NCBI RefSeq assembly: GCF_039541115.1
Contig: NZ_BAABFP010000008.1
Coordinates: 62,001 to 126,000 of the forward strand
Length of the DNA: 64,000 nt
From: Angustibacter luteus
GTDB taxonomy: Bacteria > Actinomycetota > Actinomycetes > Actinomycetales > Angustibacteraceae
Direction of reading: 5' to 3'
In this document: positions 19,565-29,169 of the stretch, in pieces
How the letters are laid out: every line of letters begins with the position of its first letter
Numbering within the stretch: the stretch's first letter is position 1
Translations under genes and position numbers: made by a program
Notes under the pieces: generated by a model
What the model was told of the DNA's origin: nothing
What the model saw: only the letters and a program-made list of their open reading frames with translations
Database searches by the model: none

Positions 19565-19745
19565 AGGCGCACCCTAACCGCATCTGCGGCTCGATGACCA
19601 CGTTCTTCCCGCACCCGCGCCCTCGCCCGCCGCGCCGCCACCGCAAATATCCCGCTATCCGGGCTTGTGGAGGCCGTTTGACCCCGAATAGCGGGACATC
19701 TGCGGGTATGTGCGGGGGTCAGGGGGTTCGGGTCAGGGGTTCGGG

Positions 19746-21410
19746 TCAGGCCGTGGCGTGCGCGGCGGCGCGGCCGGCGGTCCGGCCGCTGAACAGGCAG
19801 CCGCCGAGGAAGGTCCCCTCCAGGGACCGGTAGCCGTGCATGCCACCGCCGCCGAAACCGGCCACCTCGCCCGCGGCGTACAGCCCCGGCACCGGCTCGC
19901 CCGGCGCGCCCGGACTGGTTCGCAGCACCCGACCGGACAGGTCCGTCTCGAGCCCACCGAGGGTCTTGCGGGTCAGCACCCGCAGCCGGACGGCGATCAG
20001 CGGGCCCATCTTGGGGTCGAGCAGCTTGTGCGGGGTGGCCGTCCGGATCAGCTTGTCCCCGCGGTACTTGCGGGCACCGTGGATCGCGGTGACCTGCAGG
20101 TCCTTGGTGAAGTCGTTGTCGATCTCTCGGTCGCGGGCCAGCACCTGCCGCTCGACGTCGGCGAAGTCCAGCAGGTCGTTGCCGGCCAACGCGTTCATCC
20201 CGTCGACCAGCTCGCGCAGGGTGTCGCGGACCACGAAGTCGACGCCCTTCTCCTTGAACGCCTCGACCGGCCCGGGCGCGCCGGGCTTCACCCGGGACAG
20301 CACCTGCCGGACGTCCTTGCCGGTCAGGTCCGGGTTCTGCTCCGAGCCCGAGAGCGCGAACTCCTTCTCGATGATCTTCTGGGTCAGCACGAACCAGGTG
20401 TGGTCGTGGCCCGTGCCCAGGATGTGCTCGAGCGTGCCGAGGGTGTCGAAGCCCGGGAAGTACGGGACCGGCAGCCGCCGGCCGGTGGCGTCCAGCCACA
20501 GGGACGACGGCCCCGGCAGGATCCGGATGCCGTGGCCGGGCCAGATGGGATCCCAGTTCTGGATGCCCTCGGTGTAGTGCCACATCCGGTCGCGGTTCAC
20601 GATCGAGCCGCCGGCGCTCTCGGTGATCGCGAGCATCCGCCCGTCGACGTGCGCCGGGACGCCGGTCAGCATCTCCCGCGGCGGCTCACCCATCGCCGTG
20701 GGCCAGTTCGCCCGGACGAGCTCGTGGTTGCCGCCGATCCCGCCGGAGGTGACCACCACGGCCTGGGCGCGCAGGGTGAACTCGCCCGTGGACGTCCGGG
20801 ACGACGACTCGCCCCGCCGCACGTCGCTGGCCTCCAGCGTCACCCCGGTCACGCCGTCCACCGCGCCGTTGGTCGTCGTCAGCGCGTCCACCCGGTGCCG
20901 GAACGCCAGCCGGACCAGCCCGCGCTCGACCCCCGTCCGGACCCGCCGCTCGAACGGCTCCACGACGCCCGGGCCGGTGCCCCAGGTGATGTGGAACCGG
21001 GGCACCGAGTTGCCCGGACCGTCGGCGAGGTAGCCGCCGCGCTCGGCCCAGCCGACCACCGGGAAGAACCGGACGCCCTGCTCGCGCAGCCACTGCCGCT
21101 TCTCGGTCGCGGCCCACTCGACGTAGGCGCGGGCCCACCGGCGCGGCCAGTGGTCCTCGCGGTCGCGGTCGAAGCCGGCCGTGCCCTCCCAGTCCTGCCA
21201 GGCGAGGTCGAGCGAGTCCTTGATGCCCATCCGGCGCTGCTCGGGGCTGTCCACCAGGAACAGTCCCCCGAACGACCAGAACGCCTGGCCGCCCAGCGAC
21301 TGCTCCGGCTCCTGGTCGACCAGGACCACCCGGCGTCCGGCGTCCACCAGCTCGGCGGTGGCGACCAGCCCGGCCAGGCCGGCTCCGACCACGATGACGT
21401 CTGCGTCCAT
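19746..21410 (-). CDS. FAD-binding dehydrogenase
   Basis: VVGAGLAG, GGQAFWSFGG, RKTLGG, GLYAAGE, LEGTFLGGC. Confidence 0.9.
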   Translation of the reverse strand: MDADVIVVGAGLAGLVATAELVDAGRRVVLVDQEPEQSLGGQAFWSFGGLFLVDSPEQRRMGIKDSLDLAWQDWEGTAGFDRDREDHWPRRWARAYVEWAATEKRQWLREQGVRFFPVVGWAERGGYLADGPGNSVPRFHITWGTGPGVVEPFERRVRTGVERGLVRLAFRHRVDALTTTNGAVDGVTGVTLEASDVRRGESSSRTSTGEFTLRAQAVVVTSGGIGGNHELVRANWPTAMGEPPREMLTGVPAHVDGRMLAITESAGGSIVNRDRMWHYTEGIQNWDPIWPGHGIRILPGPSSLWLDATGRRLPVPYFPGFDTLGTLEHILGTGHDHTWFVLTQKIIEKEFALSGSEQNPDLTGKDVRQVLSRVKPGAPGPVEAFKEKGVDFVVRDTLRELVDGMNALAGNDLLDFADVERQVLARDREIDNDFTKDLQVTAIHGARKYRGDKLIRTATPHKLLDPKMGPLIAVRLRVLTRKTLGGLETDLSGRVLRTSPGAPGEPVPGLYAAGEVAGFGGGGMHGYRSLEGTFLGGCLFSGRTAGRAAAHATA

Positions 21411-21444
21411 GCCCGCGCTCATGCGGGGCATCGTTCCACGTCCG

Positions 21445-21810
21445 TCAGCCCAGGTAGGCCAGGTGCTCCTCGCGCGGGTCCAGCACCGCGGCGAGCCGCA
21501 GCCAGCGCCGGGCCAGGTCCTTCTCGCCCTGGCGCATCAGGGTGCGTCCGAGCAGGTGCGCGGACTCGGCGTCCGACGGATCGGCGGTGACGAGGCGCTC
21601 CGCGATCTCGCGGGCGCGGCCCAGCGCGGCGAACCGGTAGCTGGCCAGCGCCAGCAGCCGCTGGGCCGCGGGGGCGGCAAGGTCGTCGGCGGCCATCCGC
21701 TCCAGGGTCGAGATCGCGTGCCGCGGGTGGCCGTCGTCCAGGTACTGCTCGGCGAGCCGGAACAGCTCGTAGCCGTCCGGGGTTGTCATGGCCGTCGTCG
21801 TCATGGGCAC
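21445..21810 (-). CDS. Small TPR-repeat protein
   Basis: ADPSDAESAHLLGRTL...ARRWL TPR-like pattern; start uncertain (21789, 21804 or 21810). Confidence 0.7.
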   Translation of the reverse strand: MPMTTTAMTTPDGYELFRLAEQYLDDGHPRHAISTLERMAADDLAAPAAQRLLALASYRFAALGRAREIAERLVTADPSDAESAHLLGRTLMRQGEKDLARRWLRLAAVLDPREEHLAYLG

Positions 21811-21855
21811 GGAACGTGCTCAGGTGGCGGCGCATTCCGTGCCTTGCCCGTACAC

Positions 21856-21882
21856 TTGGCACTCGATCGACCGGAGTGCCAG
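21856..21882 (+). promoter_or_regulatory. CIRCE element (HrcA operator)
   Basis: TTGGCACTC-N9-GAGTGCCAG versus consensus TTAGCACTC-N9-GAGTGCTAA. Confidence 0.85.
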
Positions 21883-21910
21883 AGCCGGTGCGCACCTGTG
21901 GAGGACTTGG

Positions 21911-22267
21911 ATGCCGACGTACGACTACGCCTGCACGCACTGCGACCACGCGTTCGAGATCGTGCAGTCGTTCACGGACGACGCGCTGACCGTGTGCCCC
22001 GAGTGCGGTGGCCGGCTGCGCAAGGTCTTCGGATCCGTGGGTGTCGTGTTCAAGGGGTCGGGCTTCTACCGCACCGACTCGCGCAACTCCTCCACCGTGC
22101 CGGCGAGCAAGTCGTCGGACGGCAAGTCGTCCGAGAGCAAGTCCTCCGACAGCTCGTCGTCGAGCGGCTCGTCCTCCGACAGCAAGTCCTCGTCGTCCTC
22201 GTCGTCGGACAGCAAGGCGTCGAGCTCGTCGTCCACGGGTTCGGGCGGCTCCACCTCCGCCGCCTGA
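21911..22267 (+). CDS. FmdB family zinc-ribbon protein with Ser-rich tail
   Basis: MPTYDYACTHC...CPECGG...FKGSGFYRTD; GGAGG SD. Confidence 0.93.
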   Translation: MPTYDYACTHCDHAFEIVQSFTDDALTVCPECGGRLRKVFGSVGVVFKGSGFYRTDSRNSSTVPASKSSDGKSSESKSSDSSSSSGSSSDSKSSSSSSSDSKASSSSSTGSGGSTSAA

Positions 22268-22361
22268 CGGTCCTGTCCCACGGGACGGCGCTTGGTCCCG
22301 TTGTCCACAGGGCGCCGTCGCGACCACCGCCGCGGGCCGCGGGCCCCCTAGGGTTGGCGTC

Positions 22362-23210
22362 ATGACCGATCCGGCCCACGCCCACGCTTCCCGTTCTGCC
22401 ACAGCGACGTCAGCCCCGATCGGGGTGATCGGCGGGTCGGGGTTCTACTCCTTCCTGGACGACGCGGCCGAGGTCTCGGTGCCGACCCCGTTCGGCGAGC
22501 CCAGCGGGCCGGTCACGCTGGGGGCGGTCGGTGGGCGCGAGGTCGCGTTCATCGCGCGGCACGGCAAGGACCACCGCTTCCCACCGCACCGGGTGAACTA
22601 CCGGGCGAACCTGTGGGCGTTGCGGGCGGTCGGCGTGCGCCAGGTGCTGGCCCCCTGCGCCGTCGGGTCGCTGCGCGCCGAGAACGGGCCGGGCACGATC
22701 GTGCTGCCCGACCAGGTCGTCGACCGGACCTGGGGGCGCGAGCACACCGTGTACGACGCGGAGGGTCCGGTCGTGCACGTGTCGATGGCGGACCCGTACT
22801 GCCCGCGCGGGCGACGCGCCGTCCTGGCCGTGGCGCAGGCGCAGGACGAGCAGGTGGTGGACGGCGGCACCCTCGTCGTCATCAACGGCCCGCGGTTCTC
22901 CAGCCGGGCCGAGTCGCAGTGGCACGCCGCTGCGGGCTGGTCCGTCGTCGGCATGACCGGCATGCCGGAGGCGTCCATCGCGCGCGAGCTCGCGGTGTGC
23001 CTGACCTCGATCGCCCTGGTCACCGACCTGGACGCCGGTGTCGAGGAGGGCCAGGGCGTCACCCACCACGAGGTGCTGGAGGTGTTCGCGCACAACGTCG
23101 AACGACTGAAGGCGATGCTCTCGCAGGTGATGCCGACCATGCCGGACGACGACGAGTGCGCCTGCCGGCACGCGCTCGACGGTCAGCGGCTGCCGTTCGA
23201 CCTGCCGTGA
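22362..23210 (+). CDS. mtnP: S-methyl-5'-thioadenosine phosphorylase
   Basis: IGGSG, RHG...NYRAN, AVGSL, GPRFSSRAES, VGMT, VTDLD. Confidence 0.92.
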   Translation: MTDPAHAHASRSATATSAPIGVIGGSGFYSFLDDAAEVSVPTPFGEPSGPVTLGAVGGREVAFIARHGKDHRFPPHRVNYRANLWALRAVGVRQVLAPCAVGSLRAENGPGTIVLPDQVVDRTWGREHTVYDAEGPVVHVSMADPYCPRGRRAVLAVAQAQDEQVVDGGTLVVINGPRFSSRAESQWHAAAGWSVVGMTGMPEASIARELAVCLTSIALVTDLDAGVEEGQGVTHHEVLEVFAHNVERLKAMLSQVMPTMPDDDECACRHALDGQRLPFDLP

Positions 23211-23920
23211 CGCGGCTGCTCGACCGGCTGCGCGCGCGTTCCGAACGGACCCCGCCGGCCGGCGTCGGCGGCTGGGTCCCGTTGCGCCGCAGGGGGCACG
23301 GGCTGCGCCGCTGGTTGGCCGCGGGCTGCGCGGCGGCCGCGACCGCCGTCGCGCTGGGCACCCTGGCCCCCGATCCGCGCCCTGGCGTGCCGGTGCTGGT
23401 GGCGGCCCGCGACGTGCCGGCCGGCGCGGCCCTGCAGGACGGTGACCTGGACGTCGTCCGCCGGCCGGCGACCGAGGTTCCGGCGCAGGCGCTCACGAGC
23501 ACTGATGCCGCCGTGGGCCGGGTCGTGGCCGCCCCACTGCGAGCCCGCGAGGTGCTGACCCGGTCGCGCCTGGTCGGCCGCAGCCTGCTGGCGGCGCGGC
23601 CGGCCGGTGACGTGATGGTCCCGGTGCGAATGGCGGACGGCGCGGCCAGTGCCCTGCTGACGCCGGGCAGCCGGGTCGACGTGCTGGTGGCCGCGCCGGA
23701 CCAGCCCGCCGCCCGCACCGTGGCGCGCGGGGCGACCGTGCTGGCCGTGCCGGGCGCCGCGTCGTCCGGCGCCAGCACCGGTGGCAGCACCCTGCTCGGC
23801 GGGTCGGCCGCCACGGATCCTGGGCAGGGTGGGCTCGTCCTGCTCGCGGTGCCAGCGTCCACGGGCAACGACTTGGCCCAGGCGGCGGTCGTCGGCCAGC
23901 TGTCCTTCCTGGTCCGCTAG
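23207..23920 (+). CDS. SAF domain / RcpC-CpaB-like protein
   Basis: TM then VLVAARDVPAG, LLTPGSRVDVL. Confidence 0.8.
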   Translation: MTRLLDRLRARSERTPPAGVGGWVPLRRRGHGLRRWLAAGCAAAATAVALGTLAPDPRPGVPVLVAARDVPAGAALQDGDLDVVRRPATEVPAQALTSTDAAVGRVVAAPLRAREVLTRSRLVGRSLLAARPAGDVMVPVRMADGAASALLTPGSRVDVLVAAPDQPAARTVARGATVLAVPGAASSGASTGGSTLLGGSAATDPGQGGLVLLAVPASTGNDLAQAAVVGQLSFLVR

Positions 23921-24080
23921 CCCCGCCCCACCCGCACCATTCGCGCTCTCCGTGGTTTTCCGGGCAGCACAGCCACGGGTAGCGCGAATGGTGCGTGGGG
24001 GATCCGGGTCACGTGACGGTCGGAGGCGGCGGTTGCGCTACGTTCGATGCGTTCCGGAACTCGAGCAGATGGGCGATCAG

Positions 24081-24485
24081 ATGCTGAAGGGCTTCAAGGA
24101 CTTCCTGATGCGTGGGAACGTCGTCGACCTCGCGGTCGCCGTCGTGATCGGCGCTGCGTTCGCACTCGTCGTCAAGTCGCTCCTCGACGGGTTGATCAAC
24201 CCGCTGATCGCAGCGATCTTCGGCAAGCCCGACCTCACGGGCGTCGGCAACTTCACCATCAACGGTGCCAACTTCTCGATCGGCCTCGTCCTGACCGCCG
24301 TGATCAACTTCGTCATCATCGCCGCGGCGATCTACTTCATCGTCGTCGTGCCGATGAACCACCTGGCCGAGCGGCGCAAGCGTGGCGAGGAGCCGGAGCC
24401 CGAGGCGCCGAGCGAAGAGGTCATCCTGCTCACCGAGATCCGCGACCTGCTCAGCCGCACGAGCGGCGCGCCGACCCAGGAGTAG
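24081..24485 (+). CDS. mscL: Large-conductance mechanosensitive channel
   Basis: GFKDFLMRGNVVDLAVAVVIG, LLTEIRDLL. Confidence 0.97.
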   Translation: MLKGFKDFLMRGNVVDLAVAVVIGAAFALVVKSLLDGLINPLIAAIFGKPDLTGVGNFTINGANFSIGLVLTAVINFVIIAAAIYFIVVVPMNHLAERRKRGEEPEPEAPSEEVILLTEIRDLLSRTSGAPTQE

Positions 24486-24488
24486 CAC

Positions 24489-24695
24489 TCACTCCCAGTG
24501 CGGCGGGCGCTGCTCGTGCAGCCACTGCTCGTGCTGGTCACGCTTCTCGTCCCGGTCGGGCGCCTCGCCCCACCCGGCGTCCGTATCGTCCTTGGTCTGC
24601 TCCCCCGCTGACTCGCTCGCGGGGCCGCCGGTCGCCGGGCGGGTGGCCCGGCGTCGGCGCCGGGGGCCCGGCGTCGGCTCCTCGGACGGCGTCAC
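24489..24695 (-). CDS. Small hypothetical protein (DDTDxGWGE...RPPH)
   Basis: 68 aa; GTG start overlaps the helicase stop. Confidence 0.65.
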   Translation of the reverse strand: MTPSEEPTPGPRRRRRATRPATGGPASESAGEQTKDDTDAGWGEAPDRDEKRDQHEQWLHEQRPPHWE

Positions 24696-27600
24696 GACCC
24701 GCCACCCGTGCGTACCCGCGCGATCGCGGCGTCCACGGCAGCGTCGATCCGGCTACCCCGACGGCTGAAGCCGAGCTGCTGACGGGTCAGCGCGGCGACC
24801 TCGTCGTGGGTGCGCAGCAACGTGTCCGAGCAGATCCAGCCGACGACAGCGTCCAGGTCCGCCTCGGTGTAGTCGTCGATGGGCAGCCCGGACGGCACCC
24901 GAGGGCGCGGTCCCACCCGCTGACCGGCCGACGTCCCCGACCCGCCGGGCGCGGGCTCGTCGCCGTCCCACTGCACCTGCGGCCCGGACGGCGCGACCGG
25001 AGCCAGCACCGGCGCCGCCGTCGCGGTGGCCGCCGAGGAGGCCCGGCCCACGGCCGCCCGGATCCGGGCCACCTCGCGCGCCGGGTCGCGGAACACGTCG
25101 GTGGACCACACCCGCAGGTGCCGCCAGCCCAGCCGCTCGAGCTGCTCGCTGCGCAGCCGGTCCCGCTCGCGCGAGCTGGTCACCGCCGCGTAGCCGGGAC
25201 CGTCCGACTCGACGGCCACCAGCAGCGGTCCGCCGACCTCCCCCACCGCGAGGTCGATCCGCGCGTCAGACGCACCGTGCTGCTCGACCACCTGCAGGTC
25301 CTGTCCGCGCAACCGCACGGCCAGGTCCCCGAGCAGCGCGTCCGCATGCGGCGCGTCCGCCTGCGGCGCGTCGCCGAGCGACGTATGCCGCCCGCCATCC
25401 GCAGCCGATTCCGCCGGTGCGGCAACGGTTTCGACCGGGAGCTCACCACCACTGGCCGCGTACGCCAGGTACTCGCGCAGCAGCTTGGCCCCCTCGGCGG
25501 ACAGCCGGGTCGGGTCCAGGTCGGCTGGCCCGAACGAGGCCACCACGGTCATCCGTGCGCGGGCCCGGGTGATCGCCACGTTGAGCCGGCGCTCACCGCC
25601 GGCCTGGTTGAGCGGCCCGAACCGGTGCAGCACCCGGCCGTGCGGCGTCCGCCCGAAGCCGACGCTGAGGATGATCGCGTCCCGCTCGTCGCCCTGCACC
25701 CGCTCCAGGTTCTTCACGAAGAAGCGCTCGCGGCCCGGCGCGGTGAGGAACTCCGCGACGTCGGGGTGCTCGGGCAGGGCCAGCCGCAGCGCGTCGTCCA
25801 GCCGGGCGGCGTGTCGCAGACCCAGGGCGATGACGCCCAGCGACTCGTGCGGGCGGGTGCGGGCGTGCTCGATGACCAGCCGCACCACCTCGGCCACCTC
25901 GGCGTCAGTGCTCTCCACCGACTCGGCGTCGGGCGCGAGCACCCCGCGGCCGTCGACCTCGACGAACGAGAGCACCTGACCCGAACCGGCCGCCGGGAAG
26001 GTCACCAGCGACCCGTCGTACACGTGCTGGTTGGCGAACGAGACGAGCCGCTCGTCCCGGGACCGGTAGTGCCAGCGCAGCTGGGCCACGGGCAGGCTGG
26101 CCGTCAAGGCGTCCAGCACCGACTCGAACCCCTCGGTGTAGGGCTCGTCGGCGTGCGCACCGGCCGCCGCGTCGTCGGGGACGGCGCTGGTGAAGAAGGC
26201 GGTCGGTGGCAGCTGTCGCTCGTCGCCGGCGACGACGACCTGCCGGGCCCGGCTGATCGCGGCCACTGCCTGGGACGGCGGCACCTGGGAAGCCTCGTCG
26301 AACACCACGACGTCGAACTGCTCGCCCGGCGGCAGCACCTGTGACACGACGAGCGGGCTGAGCGCCCAGCAGGGCTTGGCCGCGCCGAGCACGTCTGGTC
26401 CGCCCACCACCAGGTCGCGCAGCGGACGGTGCCGGCGCTGCTTGGCCGCCTCGGCGCGCAGCAGGGCGGCCTGCTCCGGGAACCGGTCCAGCGTCGCCAC
26501 CAGCCGCTCGGCCGTGGCCCGGCGCACCCGCGCCGCCCCGGCGGACAGGTGCTCGCGGTCCGCCGCCGCGAACTCGGCAGCGACCTGGCGCAGCAGGTCG
26601 CCGTCGTGCGCGCCGTACCGCGGGTCGCCGACCGCCAGGTCCTCCAGCACCGACGTCCACCAGACCAGCTCAAGCTCGGCGCCGACGTCCTGCGCCGCGA
26701 CGTCCCGAGCCGCCAGGTCGGCCAGCAGGGGCTCCAGGCCGGCGGCCCGCAGCCGCTCGCGCAGGGCCACCGTCCGCGGGATCACGGGCAGGGACGTCGT
26801 CCGCTCCCCGAGCAGCTCGAGCCGCCCGGCCAGCAGGCCGAGGTCGGTCTCGGCGAGGTCGCCGCCCGCGGGGGTCGTGGCCAGCCGCTCGGCCAGCCAG
26901 GTCATCGGCTCGGCCGCGTCCAGGTAGGCGTGCTCGGCGTCGTCCAGGCCCGCGGGCAGGGCGGGACGCGCGCCGCGGCCGGCCAGCACCTGCCACTCCT
27001 CGCGCTGGCGGTGGGCGAGCTCGAGGGCCGCGTGCAGGTCCGGCGGCGGGGCGCCGGGTCGCAGCAGCCGGCGGGCCGCGCGGGCCAGTCGCCGCCGCTG
27101 CCACCAGCCGAGCTCGATACCTCGCTCGGTTCGCCACTCCCGCGTCGCCGTGGCCGCGACCGCGTCGGCCAGCGACGTGTCGAACACGTTGGGGGAGAAC
27201 ACGTCCAGCGTGCGGCGCACCGAACCGACCAGGCCGAGGTTGCGGCCGAGCTCGGCCATGCTGGCGGCGGGCGGCATGCCCGCCTCGGCCAGCACCGGCG
27301 GGACGACGGACAGCGCGGCGGGCAGGGCCTCCTGGCTCAGCAGGGTGACCTTCTCCAGCGCCTCGCGGGCCTCGTCCGGGGTGCGCAGCAGCGCACCGAA
27401 CCAGGGGTCGTCGTCCGGGGCGGTGCGGAAGGCGCCGAGGCTGGCGGCCTCGCGCAGCTCCTCGCGCAGCGCGTCCAGCTCGGTGCGGTCGAGCGCCTTC
27501 AGCGCCGCGCCGCGCACCCGGACCCGCGAGCGCGGCGCGGGACGGCGGTCGGTCAGCCCGGCGAGGGCCTGCTGGGCGTCGTAGGCGCTGACGTGCCAGG

Positions 27601-28819
27601 GGTCGCGCCCGGCGTGCAGGGCCTGCACGTGCCCGGTCAGCCGGCCGCGCCGCTCGAGTAGGGTCGACGTGACGGCCTCGAGGTCCGGGCGAGGCACCCG
27701 GCCGGCCCGTTCCAGGGTCAACGCGATCTCGCGGGCCACCCGGCGCCGGTTGGTGGCGCCGTCGTGCAGGTCGAGCACGAGGTCGTCGAGCCCGACGGCG
27801 GCCAACCGGGAGAGCACGGCGTCGATGGCTGCGCGCTTCTCGGCGACGAACAGCGTGCGCTTGCCGGCCGCGGCCAGGCTGGCGACGAGGTTGGCGATGG
27901 TCTGGGACTTCCCGGTGCCGGGCGGGCCCTTGACGACCAGGTGCGAGCCGGCCAGGACGGCGTCCACGACCGCCTCCTGGGACGCGTCGGCGTCCAGCAC
28001 GAGGAACTCGGTGCTGGGATCCGCGTCCGCGGGGCCCGGCTGGCCGACCGGGCGGGCGGCCACGGCGGCCAGCGCGCCGGCGTCCCCGGCGAGGGCCGCG
28101 ACGACGTCGTGCCCGGCGAGGGTGTCGCGCTGGGCCTCCAGGTCGGTGACCATCGGCAGGCGGGCGTAGGAGAACGTGCCCACCACCAGTCGGTGCTGCA
28201 CCGAGAACCCCGGGACGTCGCGGCAGGTCTGGGCGACCCGCTCCAGCACCGGGGTCGGGTCGAAGCCGTCGTCGGTCATGGCCAGGTCGGCGATGACGTC
28301 GGCGTCCAGGGTGATCCCGTACTCGGACGCGAGGAAGTGCACCAGCACGGGGTTGAGCTCGGCGGCCGGCCCCAGGTCGACGTCGAAGTCCTCCCCCGCC
28401 GCGCCGCGGGGTCGCAGCTCGCACGAGCGCAGCAGCACCGGCGCGGCCGGCGGGCGCGAGGCGTCGGGCGCGCTCCAGGTAGCCATGCCGACGGCGAGCC
28501 AGCCGGCCGCGATGCCGCGCTCCTCGGCGAGCTCGGTGGTCTTGGCGCGGATCGCGCGGGCCCGCCGGCGGCTGTCGGCGAGCGACCCGGGTTCGCGGAT
28601 GAGGGTGGACAGCCTCGTCGGACGCCCGGCCAGCAGCATCGCCAGACCGCTGGGGTGGGCGTTGGTCAGGTCGAGGGTGCCGACCGTGAGGTCGCGGTAC
28701 CACAGGAGCGTGTTGCGCCCGCCGAGGTCGACCAGCTCACGCGCCCAGGCGTCGACGGCGTCCCGGACCCGCTGCTCACGGGAGGGGGCTGGTGCGTCCT
28801 GGGAGTCGGCTTCGGTCAC
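24692..28819 (-). CDS. DUF4011-type SF1 (UPF1/DNA2-like) helicase with C-terminal Vsr/REase-like domain
   Basis: W..ELVDL..RNTLL N-terminus, GPPGTGKS, DEASQ, GDERQLPP, HYRS, QGDERD, RRLNVAITRAR, IDLAV..AVESDG..RDRLR..LGW. Confidence 0.88.
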   Translation of the reverse strand: MTEADSQDAPAPSREQRVRDAVDAWARELVDLGGRNTLLWYRDLTVGTLDLTNAHPSGLAMLLAGRPTRLSTLIREPGSLADSRRRARAIRAKTTELAEERGIAAGWLAVGMATWSAPDASRPPAAPVLLRSCELRPRGAAGEDFDVDLGPAAELNPVLVHFLASEYGITLDADVIADLAMTDDGFDPTPVLERVAQTCRDVPGFSVQHRLVVGTFSYARLPMVTDLEAQRDTLAGHDVVAALAGDAGALAAVAARPVGQPGPADADPSTEFLVLDADASQEAVVDAVLAGSHLVVKGPPGTGKSQTIANLVASLAAAGKRTLFVAEKRAAIDAVLSRLAAVGLDDLVLDLHDGATNRRRVAREIALTLERAGRVPRPDLEAVTSTLLERRGRLTGHVQALHAGRDPWHVSAYDAQQALAGLTDRRPAPRSRVRVRGAALKALDRTELDALREELREAASLGAFRTAPDDDPWFGALLRTPDEAREALEKVTLLSQEALPAALSVVPPVLAEAGMPPAASMAELGRNLGLVGSVRRTLDVFSPNVFDTSLADAVAATATREWRTERGIELGWWQRRRLARAARRLLRPGAPPPDLHAALELAHRQREEWQVLAGRGARPALPAGLDDAEHAYLDAAEPMTWLAERLATTPAGGDLAETDLGLLAGRLELLGERTTSLPVIPRTVALRERLRAAGLEPLLADLAARDVAAQDVGAELELVWWTSVLEDLAVGDPRYGAHDGDLLRQVAAEFAAADREHLSAGAARVRRATAERLVATLDRFPEQAALLRAEAAKQRRHRPLRDLVVGGPDVLGAAKPCWALSPLVVSQVLPPGEQFDVVVFDEASQVPPSQAVAAISRARQVVVAGDERQLPPTAFFTSAVPDDAAAGAHADEPYTEGFESVLDALTASLPVAQLRWHYRSRDERLVSFANQHVYDGSLVTFPAAGSGQVLSFVEVDGRGVLAPDAESVESTDAEVAEVVRLVIEHARTRPHESLGVIALGLRHAARLDDALRLALPEHPDVAEFLTAPGRERFFVKNLERVQGDERDAIILSVGFGRTPHGRVLHRFGPLNQAGGERRLNVAITRARARMTVVASFGPADLDPTRLSAEGAKLLREYLAYAASGGELPVETVAAPAESAADGGRHTSLGDAPQADAPHADALLGDLAVRLRGQDLQVVEQHGASDARIDLAVGEVGGPLLVAVESDGPGYAAVTSSRERDRLRSEQLERLGWRHLRVWSTDVFRDPAREVARIRAAVGRASSAATATAAPVLAPVAPSGPQVQWDGDEPAPGGSGTSAGQRVGPRPRVPSGLPIDDYTEADLDAVVGWICSDTLLRTHDEVAALTRQQLGFSRRGSRIDAAVDAAIARVRTGGGS

Positions 28820-29169
28820 CGCCCTACGCTAACCGCCGCCCTCACCGGGGCCGTCCGCGCCGCGCCCCGAAGGGGTCCGCGCCGGGAAAAGTCCCGGGAC
28901 ATGGTTGACGGTGTGCACCGCGCAGGGGGGGCAAGCGGTGCACACCGTCGAGTGACAGCATGCGACACCATCCGTTGCAGCGTCAAGCAGATCGCTGAGA
29001 CTGTGACGCGTTTCGTCGTCCGAACCCACGAGGTCGACGGTTTTGGCCCGACTTTGCCACGAATTTCGCGGTCGGAACCACAAACCCTCCGTCACCCGAA
29101 CGGCGTAACGTCGCCGCGCGGACGGGGCCGGGTGGGCGTACAAGACCCCGAACGGGGAGAATCGACGAC

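Noticed and set aside
19560..19745. Moco riboswitch upstream of the mod genes
   Set aside because: I could not recognise the conserved Moco RNA motifs; only a simple hairpin is present.
22066..22308. Acidic 80-aa minus-strand ORF
   Set aside because: Antisense reading of the Ser-rich FmdB tail.
23207..23920. Tad pilus or flagellar locus from the SAF/CpaB-like gene
   Set aside because: No other tad or flagellar genes nearby; it sits in the fmdB-mtnP-mscL housekeeping context.
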